Notes: generated from the sequence alone by a model not told the origin. A stretch of 64,000 bases of DNA from an uncultured Oscillospiraceae bacterium (GCA_910579485.1 CAJTVO010000002.1:7804-71803); one strand, 5' to 3'. Counted from the stretch's first letter, positions 8,966 to 17,650 are shown. Numbers and translations are program-made.

Positions 8966-9360
8966 CTTCCATCACCTCGCACAAGCCTATGCGGCTGGGA
9001 CAAGTTTTAGAAGCGCGCCTTCTTATGTGGACCGCCGCGGCGGGTCCGGCAAGGTGTCTGCCTATAAATATAGTGCAGATTCCCGGTTTTCGCAAGAGAA
9101 AATCTGGGAGCGGCCGGTTTTTTGTCAATTACGACAAAATATTATGTAAACAATATTATGTTAACCTCTTTGCCGGGGTCGGTGTTTGCAGGCAGTTCGG
9201 GTGGTTTCCGGACTATTTTGTGGGAAAGACGGTGGCAATACCCCTACATGTTGGACGGGCAGGCGATTACCATTTGTAATCACCTGCCCGCGCCGCCAAG
9301 AACGGTCATGAAGCAATTTTTCTTATTTTTGGTTATTTTCACCCCTTGACAAGCTTCGGG

Positions 9361-9792
9361 TCACTTCCGGCGGCGGCGGCTCCCGGTCCGGGCGCGCTTC
9401 CCCTTGGGGAGGTTATACCCCACCAGGGCCGCCAGCAGGCCTCCCGCCGCCATGGACAGGCCCAGGCCCGTGAGGCCGTTTTCGATGCGTATCGTGTCTG
9501 TGGTGAGCAGGGCGGCGGCCAGGGTCAGACTCAGAAAGACCACGACCACCACCGGCACGGACAGCATGGACGCCCCCTTCCCTTTCAGCACGCTGTAGCC
9601 GCAGCCAAGGAAGGACGCCAGGGCGGCCGTGACGCACACCAGGGGATACAGCTGATCCAGCCCCAGAACGCCCCGGTCCACCAGCAGTGCGCACAGCATC
9701 TGCAGCAGGACGTAGGACAGCAGCGAGATACCCCCTCCGATCAGGCAGTTTTTGACCATCCCCTCCGGCAGGGACATGACGACCTTTGACAT
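9361..9792 (-). CDS. small polytopic membrane protein (TIGR04086/YrzE-like)
   Basis: 143 aa with 4 predicted TM segments and a basic C-terminal tail (KGKRARTGSRRRRK). It sits directly downstream of yajC, as is common in Clostridia. Confidence 0.6.
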   Translation of the reverse strand: MSKVVMSLPEGMVKNCLIGGGISLLSYVLLQMLCALLVDRGVLGLDQLYPLVCVTAALASFLGCGYSVLKGKGASMLSVPVVVVVFLSLTLAAALLTTDTIRIENGLTGLGLSMAAGGLLAALVGYNLPKGKRARTGSRRRRK

Positions 9793-9842
9793 AAAAAAAC
9801 CTCCCGGCCAATCACTGATATGGAATCAGTATATTGGCCGGG
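9793..9842 (-). terminator. Rho-independent terminator after yajC
   Basis: Minus strand reads CCCGGCCAATATACTGAT-tccat-ATCAGTGATTGGCCGGG followed by AGG and a T7 run. The T-run ends 1 nt before the start codon of the next gene. Confidence 0.75.
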
Positions 9843-9861
9843 ATGGCGAAATATGCGGTCC

Positions 9862-10245
9862 TTATTTGGTCTCGGTGTCGGAACCCTCTTCCAGCTTGGC
9901 GGGCTCCTCCTTCTCGGTCTTCTTCCCCTTCTTGGCATCGGCGGGAGGATTGCTGTTGTTGGTGGACACGGCCCACTTGGTCAGCTCCATGCGCACCCGG
10001 TCGTCGCTGGTCTCGATGATGATGGTCTCATCCGTCACCTGGACGATCTTGCCGATGATACCGCCGATGGTGGTGATCTGGTCACCCTTTTTCAGGCTGT
10101 TGCGCATCTCCTCCGCCTGCTTTTTCCGCTTGTTCTCCGGGCGGATCATCAAAAAGTACATCAGCGCGATCATGAGGACCAGCGGGAGCATCAGTGACAT
10201 CATGCTGGCGGAACCGGCGCCGGCGGCTGTGTAGAACAGTGGCAT
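9862..10245 (-). CDS. yajC: preprotein translocase subunit YajC
   Basis: LMIALMYFLMIRPENKRKKQAEEMRNSLKKGDQITTIGGIIGKIV is the canonical YajC core. It is followed by a Lys/Glu-rich tail. Confidence 0.9.
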   Translation of the reverse strand: MPLFYTAAGAGSASMMSLMLPLVLMIALMYFLMIRPENKRKKQAEEMRNSLKKGDQITTIGGIIGKIVQVTDETIIIETSDDRVRMELTKWAVSTNNSNPPADAKKGKKTEKEEPAKLEEGSDTETK

Positions 10246-10299
10246 TTCTTTGTCTCCTTATCATCCGATTATTTCCGTTTGCCAAAAGCAGCTTCTGCC

Positions 10300-10328
10300 A
10301 TTATATCTGATTTGGACGGGTTTGGCAA
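10300..10328 (-). promoter_or_regulatory. sigma-A-type promoter for yajC
   Basis: Minus strand reads TTGCCA - 17 nt - TATAAT, about 55 nt upstream of the yajC ATG. Confidence 0.6.
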
Positions 10329-10331
10329 GTC

Positions 10332-10889
10332 CTAAATTTTTTGAGGCTGTTCCACAATAATTTCCTCCCGTCCCCGGTATTCGCTTTTTACAATTTCAAA
10401 CATTTCTTCGGGAGTTTCCTTGCAGCCGTTTTGCAGCCACAGCTTGATGATCTTTGTCAGCCCACTTTTGAAAAACTCCATGTGATACATAACAAAGCGG
10501 TTGTTAAAATGCTTCTCTGCAAGCCGGGTATCATACCGCCAGATACCATATCGCTGTTCATCATAGCCCAGTTTGAAGTACGTTTGGTAGAAAAGCTGAT
10601 TTTGCGCTATGTGCTGAAATAGTATCAAGTAATTATTAGAGTTAAATCCTTGTTCAACTTCCTCCTTGTATAATTCCGCAACCTGGGCCTCCAGCTTCTC
10701 CCGTATTGCGTCAGCCAGCCCGTATATATCCACATAGTTTGCGTAAAAGGTACTGCGGTTCAAACCAGCTCTTTTGCATATATCAGACACGCTGATTTGA
10801 TTTAGTTCTTTCGTTTGCAGAAGCTCCACTAAGACCTGTTCAATTTTCTGCATGGAGGCTCGTTTACGCCGGTTGTTTTTTGTATTCAT
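10332..10889 (-). CDS. TetR/AcrR-family transcriptional regulator
   Basis: N-terminal HTH ISVSDICKRAGLNRSTFYANY. 185 aa. Lies in a low-GC region and is divergent from a membrane-protein operon. Confidence 0.9.
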   Translation of the reverse strand: MNTKNNRRKRASMQKIEQVLVELLQTKELNQISVSDICKRAGLNRSTFYANYVDIYGLADAIREKLEAQVAELYKEEVEQGFNSNNYLILFQHIAQNQLFYQTYFKLGYDEQRYGIWRYDTRLAEKHFNNRFVMYHMEFFKSGLTKIIKLWLQNGCKETPEEMFEIVKSEYRGREEIIVEQPQKI

Positions 10890-10925
10890 GGAAATCTCCT
10901 TTAATCCAACATCTGTGCAAACATT

Positions 10926-10981
10926 GTTGATTGTTTTTGATTTTCGGTTCCATTATACTATTCTTGCAATAAACAATCAAC
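10926..10981. promoter_or_regulatory. Divergent overlapping promoters with an 11-bp inverted repeat (candidate TetR operator)
   Basis: GTTGATTGTTT (10926-10936) and AAACAATCAAC (10971-10981) are perfect reverse complements. Plus promoter: TTGTTT-17-TATACT. Minus promoter: TTGATT-17-TATAAT. Each -35 lies inside one repeat arm. Confidence 0.6.
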
Positions 10982-11005
10982 TGTTGCCTTAAAGGAGGTA
11001 CTCAA

Positions 11006-11377
11006 ATGAAGAAAAGTAGTTTTGTTGCGATGCTTATGGGAACGGTGAGCGGAGTGCTGTTTGCGCTGGGAATGTGCATGGCGCTCATCCCGGAGTGGGG
11101 CGCGTTCCAGCCGGGGATCGTGTTCGGCTGTGTGGGGCTTCTGCTCGGGTTGGTCACGGTGATGATCTGGCGGAAGATGGAGCACAAGGCCCCCATTCAC
11201 TTCTCTGCAAAGACCATTCTTGCAGCAGCAGTCGGCGTGGTCGGCGCGTTGGCGCTGGGGATTGGTATGTGCTTCTGCATGGTCTGGGGCAAAATGGCGG
11301 CCGGCATCATCATTGGGCTGGCTGGTATTGTTGTCCTGCTCTGCCTGGTTCCTTTGACTAAGGGCTTGAAGGGGTGA
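11006..11377 (+). CDS. hypothetical membrane protein
   Basis: AAAGGAGG RBS. 123 aa with 4 hydrophobic segments. First gene of the TetR-divergent operon. Confidence 0.7.
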   Translation: MKKSSFVAMLMGTVSGVLFALGMCMALIPEWGAFQPGIVFGCVGLLLGLVTVMIWRKMEHKAPIHFSAKTILAAAVGVVGALALGIGMCFCMVWGKMAAGIIIGLAGIVVLLCLVPLTKGLKG

Positions 11378-12066
11378 ACGAAAAACAGGCTGCCATCCAA
11401 AAAATCAAGAGGACCAAATTAGGAAGGCGGTTTATTCAAGAACAACGGTTCCGGGCAGTTTTCTCTGCTGCTGTGGGCCTGCTGGTCAACATCATGTATG
11501 CCATTTACCATGGGGCGCTGGGCGTGGTCAATCACTCCCTGTGGTTCGTAACAATGTTTGCATATTATATGATTTTAAGCTCCATGCGTTTTTCTGCTGT
11601 CCTATGTGAATGGAAACGCAAGTCTTTGGCCTCTGAGGATACAGAATATTTTGTGGCGAAACTATGCGGTGGTTTACTGGTTCTTTTGAGTTTCATTTTG
11701 GGTGGCATTGTCTATATCAGCCTCTCCCAAAACGTTGCAGTCAAACATCACGAAATCGTTATGATCACGATTGCAACATACACGTTTTACAAAATCACAG
11801 CCGCCGTCATACGGGCCATAAAACAGCGCAAAAATACAGTTCCGTTACTCGTTGTTATCCGTACAATCGGATATGCGGAAGCAGCTGCGTCACTTCTGAC
11901 GCTGCAACGCTCTATGCTCATATCATTTGGTTCAGCGGACAATGAAGATATTGCCCTTATGAACAGCCTGACAGGAATATCAGTATGCTTGTTTATATTG
12001 CTGCTGGGGATTTTTACAATTTTGACAAGCGGCAAAGAAAGGAAGAACACACATGGCACAGTCTAA
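11374..12066 (+). CDS. hypothetical polytopic membrane protein
   Basis: GTG start overlapping the upstream stop (GTGA). 230 aa with about 6 TM segments. Confidence 0.65.
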   Translation: MNEKQAAIQKIKRTKLGRRFIQEQRFRAVFSAAVGLLVNIMYAIYHGALGVVNHSLWFVTMFAYYMILSSMRFSAVLCEWKRKSLASEDTEYFVAKLCGGLLVLLSFILGGIVYISLSQNVAVKHHEIVMITIATYTFYKITAAVIRAIKQRKNTVPLLVVIRTIGYAEAAASLLTLQRSMLISFGSADNEDIALMNSLTGISVCLFILLLGIFTILTSGKERKNTHGTV

Positions 12067-12259
12067 ATTTGTAAAAGCAAACGAGGAGATCGCCAAGAAG
12101 GTGGCAGGCACATTTGAGAAAATCGAAAAAGCTGTCGTTGGAGGATATACCAAAGTGGAGGACGCTTTTGTTGACCGCTATCTCACTAGAGACGGCGAAA
12201 CCGTGGAGGATGCAAAAGCCCGGTTGAAACAGGAGACAGGAGCAGCGGAAAAGCAGTGA
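12053..12259 (+). CDS. small hypothetical charged/coiled-coil protein
   Basis: 68 aa. Its start overlaps the end of the upstream gene. Lys/Glu-rich. Confidence 0.5.
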   Translation: MAQSKFVKANEEIAKKVAGTFEKIEKAVVGGYTKVEDAFVDRYLTRDGETVEDAKARLKQETGAAEKQ

Positions 12260-12381
12260 AAGCCCTCAGTAATATTTTTGAATTGAGAGGAAAATCTGAA
12301 AACTTTTACTCTCTTCGTTTTGCGTAACGACCCACGCGTTCTTGCTGAGCGTTGTTGCAGCGGCTGGGTGCAAATGTCGAA

Positions 12382-12412
12382 GGGCCGGAGCTTCTTGCGG
12401 AAGCTCCGGCCC
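12382..12412. terminator. GC-rich hairpin between convergent genes (possible terminator)
   Basis: GGGCCGGAGCTTC-ttgc-GGAAGCTCCGGCCC. There is no immediately adjacent U-run on either strand. Confidence 0.4.
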
Positions 12413-12441
12413 CTGATGGATGAAATTCTTTTTTCTTCCGC

Positions 12442-13350
12442 TTACATGTCGAACACGCCCATGATCACGATACCGGCCACGATGAGACCGATCATGGCGT
12501 AGTGCTTCCAGGACAGCTTTTCCTTGAGGAAAATACGGCTCCAGAGCACGGAGGCGGCGCAGTAGGCGGAGATGATGGGGGCGGACATGGCCAGGTGCTC
12601 CGTGTCCGCGATGGCGTAGATGTAGGCGAACTGTCCGGCGGTCTCGCAGACCGCGCCGATGTACTTGGGAGCCTCCATCTTGGGAATGAGGCGGTCCTTC
12701 TTGATGACGACCGTGTAGACGAAGCAGACCACCGCCGCGAAGAGGAAGGTCAGCTCGTAGGCCACGTTGGCGCTGTCCTCGTTGAGGGTCTCCAGCACCC
12801 GGTTATCGGCGAAGGTGCCCGCCGCGTCCAGGACGCAGTAGGCCACCGGCAGGGCCAGGGCAAGCCAGCTTTTGGCGTACTTGTAGTTGCCCTCCTGCTG
12901 ACGGGCGGCGCGGAGTTCCGCGTCCTCGGTGGAGTCCACCACGCCCAGACCGATGGCGCCCACGCACACCAGCGCCACGGCAAACAGGGCCAGAGGGGAA
13001 TAATCGTCCAAACCGACAAAGATGAAGGTCAGCACCGCCACCAGCGCGCCGGAGGAGTTGCAGATGGGAGAGGAAACGCTCAGCTCGATGTACCGCAGGC
13101 CCAGGTAGCCCAGGGCCATGGACAGGATATAGAGCAGGGAGACAGGCAGGTAGGTGAGGATGATGCCGAAATTAATCTCCACGCCGTTCACGAAGACCTC
13201 GAAGCCGGCGTGGAGGCCCATGACGACGCCCACCGCCATGACCATTTTCAGATGGCTGTACTTATCGGAAGCATCCCGGCAGCCAATTTTTGAGAAGAGA
13301 TCGGAACCGCTCCAGCAAAACAGAGCGATCAGCGCAAGCCAAAACCACAT
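12442..13350 (-). CDS. DMT-superfamily (EamA-like) transporter
   Basis: 302 aa, 10 TM-like segments, with duplicated EamA-type halves (LFCWSGSDLFSKIG...). Confidence 0.8.
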   Translation of the reverse strand: MWFWLALIALFCWSGSDLFSKIGCRDASDKYSHLKMVMAVGVVMGLHAGFEVFVNGVEINFGIILTYLPVSLLYILSMALGYLGLRYIELSVSSPICNSSGALVAVLTFIFVGLDDYSPLALFAVALVCVGAIGLGVVDSTEDAELRAARQQEGNYKYAKSWLALALPVAYCVLDAAGTFADNRVLETLNEDSANVAYELTFLFAAVVCFVYTVVIKKDRLIPKMEAPKYIGAVCETAGQFAYIYAIADTEHLAMSAPIISAYCAASVLWSRIFLKEKLSWKHYAMIGLIVAGIVIMGVFDM

Positions 13351-13448
13351 AATTTTATTTCTCCTTCACACATTTCAGTTTTTGAATCAAAAGTGAAATG
13401 CGTGCGGAGGCGGTCTCCGGCGGTAGTAGTGGTTCGCCGCTATATTCA

Positions 13449-14729
13449 TCATAGGGCGGCCAGCCCTCCGTCTGCCATTTTTTGCAGGGAGAGCAGGATG
13501 CCCAGCTTGGCGTGGTGCCAGGTGAGTCCGCCCTGGAAGTACACGGCATAGGGCGGACGGATGGGACCGTCGGCGCTGAGTTCGATGCTGCTGCCCTGGA
13601 CGAAGGCTCCGGCGGCCATGATGACCTGGCTGTCATAACCGGGCATATCTCCGGGAACGGGGGCGGCAAAGCTGTCCACCGGGGCCGCACCCTGGATGCC
13701 CGCGCAGAAGGCGCACATAGCCGCCTCGCTGCCCAGCTCCACCGCCTGGATGATGTCCTGACGGGGCTCCGTCGCGTTGGGGATGCAGCGGAAGCCCAGG
13801 CTCTCGTAAAGGTTGGCGGCGAAGATCGCGCCCTTCAGGGCTCCGGCAACCACTGTGGGTGCAAGGAAGAAGCCCTGGTAGAAGGCGGGCAGGATGCCCA
13901 GGTTGGCCCCTACCTCCTGCCCCAGGCCGGGGGCGGAGAGACGGTAGGCGCACCGGTCCACGCACTCCTGAGTGCCGCAGATGTATCCGCCGATGGGGGC
14001 CAGGCCGCCGCCGGGGTTCTTGATGAGGCTGCCCACCACCATGTCGGCCCCCGCGTCGGAGGGCTCGACAACGTCCACAAATTCGCCGTAGCAGTTGTCC
14101 ACCATGACCTTTACGTCCGGCTTGACGGACTTGCAGAAGGCGATCAGCTCCCCGATCTGCTGAACGGAGAAGGACGGGCGGGTGGCGTAGCCCTTGCTGC
14201 GCTGGATGGTGACGAGCCTGGTCTTCGGCGTGATGGCGGCGCGGATGGCGTCATAGTCGAAGCCGCCGTCCGGCTTCAGGTCCGCCTGCCGGTAGGTCAC
14301 GCCATACTCCGCGAGGGAGCAGGGACTGGGTCGGATGCCGATGACCTCCTGGAGGGTGTCGTAGGGCAGGCCCACCGGACTGAGCAGCTCGTCCCCCGGC
14401 AGGAGGTTGGCGCTGAGAGCCACCGTCAGGGCGTGGGTGCCGCAGGTGATCTGGGGGCGGACCAGCGCCGCCTCGGTGTGGAAGACGTCCGCATAGACCT
14501 TCTCCAGGCGTTCCCGGCCGTCGTCGTCGTAGCCGTAGCCGGTGGTGGCGGCGAAGTGCTGGGCGCCGATGCGGTTTTTCTGCATGCCCAGGAGGACCTT
14601 GGCCTGGTTGATCTCCGCCCGCTGGTCGATGGCCCGGAAGCGGTCCGTCAGACGGGACAGGACCTCCTCCCCCCTGTCGCAGACCGCTTTGCTGAGCCCC
14701 ATCTGGGCATATATCGTCAGTAAGTCCAT
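13449..14729 (-). CDS. methionine gamma-lyase-family PLP protein (aluminium-resistance/YnbB-like, PF06838)
   Basis: GYGYDDDGRERLEKVYADVFHTEAALVRPQITCGTHAL ... GSLIKNPGGGLAPIGGYI are family signatures. The start was chosen at the second ATG (14729), which has an AAGAGG RBS. The ORF-track start 14759 has no RBS. Confidence 0.8.
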   Translation of the reverse strand: MDLLTIYAQMGLSKAVCDRGEEVLSRLTDRFRAIDQRAEINQAKVLLGMQKNRIGAQHFAATTGYGYDDDGRERLEKVYADVFHTEAALVRPQITCGTHALTVALSANLLPGDELLSPVGLPYDTLQEVIGIRPSPCSLAEYGVTYRQADLKPDGGFDYDAIRAAITPKTRLVTIQRSKGYATRPSFSVQQIGELIAFCKSVKPDVKVMVDNCYGEFVDVVEPSDAGADMVVGSLIKNPGGGLAPIGGYICGTQECVDRCAYRLSAPGLGQEVGANLGILPAFYQGFFLAPTVVAGALKGAIFAANLYESLGFRCIPNATEPRQDIIQAVELGSEAAMCAFCAGIQGAAPVDSFAAPVPGDMPGYDSQVIMAAGAFVQGSSIELSADGPIRPPYAVYFQGGLTWHHAKLGILLSLQKMADGGLAAL

Positions 14730-14771
14730 ATAGAACCTCTTTTCCTTCCGATCATTCAAAATACCGGGAAA

Positions 14772-14800
14772 AGTTTACCATGGATGTCCACAGATTGCAA
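14772..14800 (-). promoter_or_regulatory. candidate sigma-A promoter for the PF06838 gene
   Basis: Minus strand reads TTGCAA - 17 nt - TAAACT. Confidence 0.4.
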
Positions 14801-14819
14801 GTATAATTTTCCGGACAGA

Positions 14820-14854
14820 GAGACCGCCGCAGGCGGGGTGCCTGCGGCGGTCTC
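14820..14854 (-). terminator. hairpin after the histidine kinase gene (possible terminator)
   Basis: 14-bp stem GAGACCGCCGCAGG / CCTGCGGCGGTCTC starting 4 nt after the kinase stop. The downstream U-tract is weak. Confidence 0.45.
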
Positions 14855-14857
14855 GGG

Positions 14858-15751
14858 TCATTTCTTCGGAAAGTAGAGGCGGACGGTGAGGATGCCCGCC
14901 TGCCATCCGGCGGCGGCGGTCCCGCCCATCTGCTCCGTCAGACGCCGGGCGATGGACAGGCCCAGGCCGGTGCCCTGCCCGCCGGATTCCACGGTAAAGT
15001 ACCGGTCGAACAGCCGCTCCGCCAGCACCGGCGTCAGGGACGGAGCGGCGTTGGAAAAGGTCAGGGTACCGTCCTTCTCCAGAACAATGCGGAGGTCCCC
15101 CGGGCTGTATTTGGCTGCGTTGGACAGGACGTTGCTCAGGATGCGGCTCACCGCCTCCCGGTTCAGGGGGCGGACCACCGGAGTTTCCGGCAGCTCCACC
15201 TCCGGCGCGATGCCGCGGGCGGAGAAGACGCCGTACCAGGCGGCAAGGCTCTCCTCCACCGCCTGGTTGAGGCTGACGGGTTCCGCAGGCTCCGGCTCTT
15301 CGGCGGCCAGGACCGCCGAGGTGCGGAAAAATTCCTCCGTCAGGGATCGCAAATGGTCCGTCCGGCCCCGGATGAGAGACAGGTAGCGCTCCGCCGCCTC
15401 GCTCTTCTCCTCCCCCTCCAGCAGGTCCAGATAGCCGCAGATGGCGGTGAGGGGGGTGCGGAGATCGTGGGAGACGTTGGTTACCGCCTCTTTCAGGTCC
15501 CGGTCGCCGTTCTGATACTGCTGACGCTCCTGGCGGAGCTGGCGCAGCTGGACGTTGAGTCCGGCAGCCAGACGGCACATGGCGCCGTCCCGGCTGGGGA
15601 TGGACAGGAGGGTGTTGGTGTCCGTTTCCAGACGCTCCTGAACGCCGCGGCGAAGCTCCTCAGCCGAGCGGCGGAGGAGCCAGAGCTTCCAGAGCAGAAG
15701 CAGTACGGCGATCGCCAGCAGGGCGCACAGCACCGCAAGAACGTACACCAT
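14858..15751 (-). CDS. sensor histidine kinase (single N-terminal TM, no extracytoplasmic sensor domain)
   Basis: H-box VSHDLRTPLTAI, N-box LSNAAKY, G-boxes GTGLGLSIAR. One TM helix only (VLAVLCALLAIAVLLLLWKLWLL). GGGAGGGAG RBS. Confidence 0.9.
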   Translation of the reverse strand: MVYVLAVLCALLAIAVLLLLWKLWLLRRSAEELRRGVQERLETDTNTLLSIPSRDGAMCRLAAGLNVQLRQLRQERQQYQNGDRDLKEAVTNVSHDLRTPLTAICGYLDLLEGEEKSEAAERYLSLIRGRTDHLRSLTEEFFRTSAVLAAEEPEPAEPVSLNQAVEESLAAWYGVFSARGIAPEVELPETPVVRPLNREAVSRILSNVLSNAAKYSPGDLRIVLEKDGTLTFSNAAPSLTPVLAERLFDRYFTVESGGQGTGLGLSIARRLTEQMGGTAAAGWQAGILTVRLYFPKK

Positions 15752-15765
15752 CCGCGCTCCCTCCC

Positions 15766-16014
15766 TTACTTTACAGCAATATATACATCCATATAGTCTG
15801 TGCTGTCCCGGTTATATTCCCGTTCAAAGCACGCGATAACGTCCTTGTCCTCCAAATGCTCCAGCCGGTTGAGGCGCATATAGGCCATCAGCGTTTTATA
15901 GGCGTTGGGGATCGTTCGGAACGGCTCGATAAAGGGGTCAACAATGGTTACGACCGCGTATTTCTGCCAAGCCGGACGGGCGGTTTCGGGCGTCCACGCA
16001 ACCAGAGGGCGCAC
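15766..16014 (-). pseudogene. remnant of a GyrI-like/effector-binding-domain protein (C-terminal half only)
   Basis: 82 codons ending ...IACFEREYNRDSTDYMDVYIAVK, like the C-terminal end of GyrI-like (MerR/AraC effector) domains of about 155 aa. GTG start with no RBS. It abuts the stop of the upstream permease. Confidence 0.4.
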
Positions 16015-16027
16015 GGTTGGAAGGGAG

Positions 16028-16797
16028 TCATTTCAATTCCGCTTTTTGGAATATCCGGCAGGTCAGAAAGGCGAAAGCCGCGATCCAGACCATGCTGATG
16101 CCGAAGGCCTTCCCTACCATGGCGGGCGCGTAGGCGGCGGCATCCATGGCGCGGAGAAGCCCCAGCGGCGTATTGGCCAGCAGTCTGCCGAACCAGGGTG
16201 TAGAAACGCCGAAGGACACCAGCGCGTTGCCGCCCAGCAGCACCAGACAGAAGCCCGCCGCCACCACAAGGACCGTTTTCTGCAGAAGGAACGCCAGAAT
16301 GAAGGTGATCCCGTTGATGGCGATGCCGGTCAGCACAGCCGCGAAGAAAGCCGCCGCCATATTGGCCGCCGCTTCTACTGTGAACGGATGCCCAAATCCC
16401 AGTAGGACGCTTTGCAGCACTGTCCGGCCCAGGACGTAAGGCAGTAGGAGAATGACATCCGCCGCCGCAGCAGCGATCAGCTTGCTGAAAAAATGGGAGC
16501 GCGGTGATAGCCTACTACGATCTTCAGCTGGGTCGTGCGGTTCTCAAAGTCGCCGCAGACGACGATGGATATGGCCAGCGCCGCCAGAACGGAGATGGTA
16601 GGGGTATCCTTCAGGGAGGAGAAAAAGGCGTCATAGCCATAGAATACGATCTCCAATTCCTCTGCCTGCGGAGAATTGACGTAGCTCAGACAGGACAGCG
16701 ACGTCACCACGGACAGCACCAGCATCAGCAGCGCGATCAGATGCAGAGGACGGGCTCTGGTCAGCTTCGTCATTTCGCTTTTCAGAAGACGGTTCAT
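16028..16797 (-). pseudogene. ABC-2-type permease disrupted by a frameshift in a T6 (A6 on + strand) run
   Basis: The N-terminal ORF (16477-16797, MNRLLKSEMTKL...GYHRAPIF) and the C-terminal ORF (16028-16420) are in different frames. Adding one T at 16488-16493 restores ...RAPIFFSKLIAAAAADVILLLPYVLGRTVLQSVLLGFGHPF..., a contiguous permease of about 257 aa. Confidence 0.7.
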
Positions 16798-16807
16798 TTG
16801 CTCCCTC

Positions 16808-17650
16808 CTATTTCAAATCTTTCCGCCGGAACAGCGCCAGACCTGCGGCGGTGCTGGCGGCGGCGGCGCCAAGGCTCACCAGCGGCAGGCGGATGGGGCG
16901 CGCCTCCGCCGCGGCGATCAGCTGCACCGCCTGACAGCCAGGGAGGTCGTACAGGGCTTCAAAAATCGTGCGCTTGAGCCCCTGGACGTAGGCCGGGTTG
17001 GGCATGGCCTCCCGCACGAGTATCTGGCCGTTTTCGATGTACTCCCGGGCGGGGATGACGGCCTGCTCCGTCAGGCGGGAATTGAGGTATATCCCCAGAA
17101 ACAGGAGAAAATAGGCCAGAAAAATGCAGACGATCGCCACCACCGCCTTGTTCTGGTTCAGCAGGGCCGCCATGGTGAAGACGGCGCACAGGGAGGCGGT
17201 CATGAGAAAGGCGCAGAGGGTGAACCACAGGACGGAGGCCAGAGGCAGCGTGAAGCCGCCCATCAGCGGGATGCCCGCCGCCGTCATGGGCAGGATGTAG
17301 CCCAGGCAGATCAGGACGCCCGCCGCCGAGCAGGTGATAAGATTCGCCAGATACAGGTTGGCGCGGGAGTGGCCCACGGCGATCTTGTTGCGGATGGCTC
17401 CGTCGCTGTACTCCGCGCCGACGAAGAGGCTGCAAAAGGCGGAGAGGACCACGCCGGACATGAGGACGAAGAGCATGTAGCGGTTGTCCAGAGGGACGGG
17501 GGTCCCCTGCTGCCGGGCGTGAACGCCCACCGCCAGTTCGAATATGCCGATGCCGAACATCACCGACACCGCCGTCCAGAAGGACGCGCTGCGCCACAGG
17601 CGGAAGAAATTGGCCCGCAGGAGGAGGTTTATGCTTAATTTTGCGCTCAT
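16808..17650 (-). CDS. ABC-2-type transporter permease (paralogue 3)
   Basis: MSAKLSINLLLRANFFRL..., EYSDGAIRNKIAVGHSR motif, ends ALFRRKDLK. The start overlaps the upstream stop (TAATG). The track ORF is over-extended to 17875. Confidence 0.85.
   Translation of the reverse strand: MSAKLSINLLLRANFFRLWRSASFWTAVSVMFGIGIFELAVGVHARQQGTPVPLDNRYMLFVLMSGVVLSAFCSLFVGAEYSDGAIRNKIAVGHSRANLYLANLITCSAAGVLICLGYILPMTAAGIPLMGGFTLPLASVLWFTLCAFLMTASLCAVFTMAALLNQNKAVVAIVCIFLAYFLLFLGIYLNSRLTEQAVIPAREYIENGQILVREAMPNPAYVQGLKRTIFEALYDLPGCQAVQLIAAAEARPIRLPLVSLGAAAASTAAGLALFRRKDLK

Noticed and set aside
9254-9292. 13-bp-stem hairpin downstream of the TIGR04086-like gene considered as its terminator
   Set aside because: No U-run follows on either strand. 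It is recorded only as a structural element in the intergenic finding.
10918-10929. Short palindrome AACA-T-TGTT next to the TetR inverted repeat
   Set aside because: The arms are only 4 bp, which is expected by chance in AT-rich DNA. The 11-bp inverted repeat is the better operator candidate.
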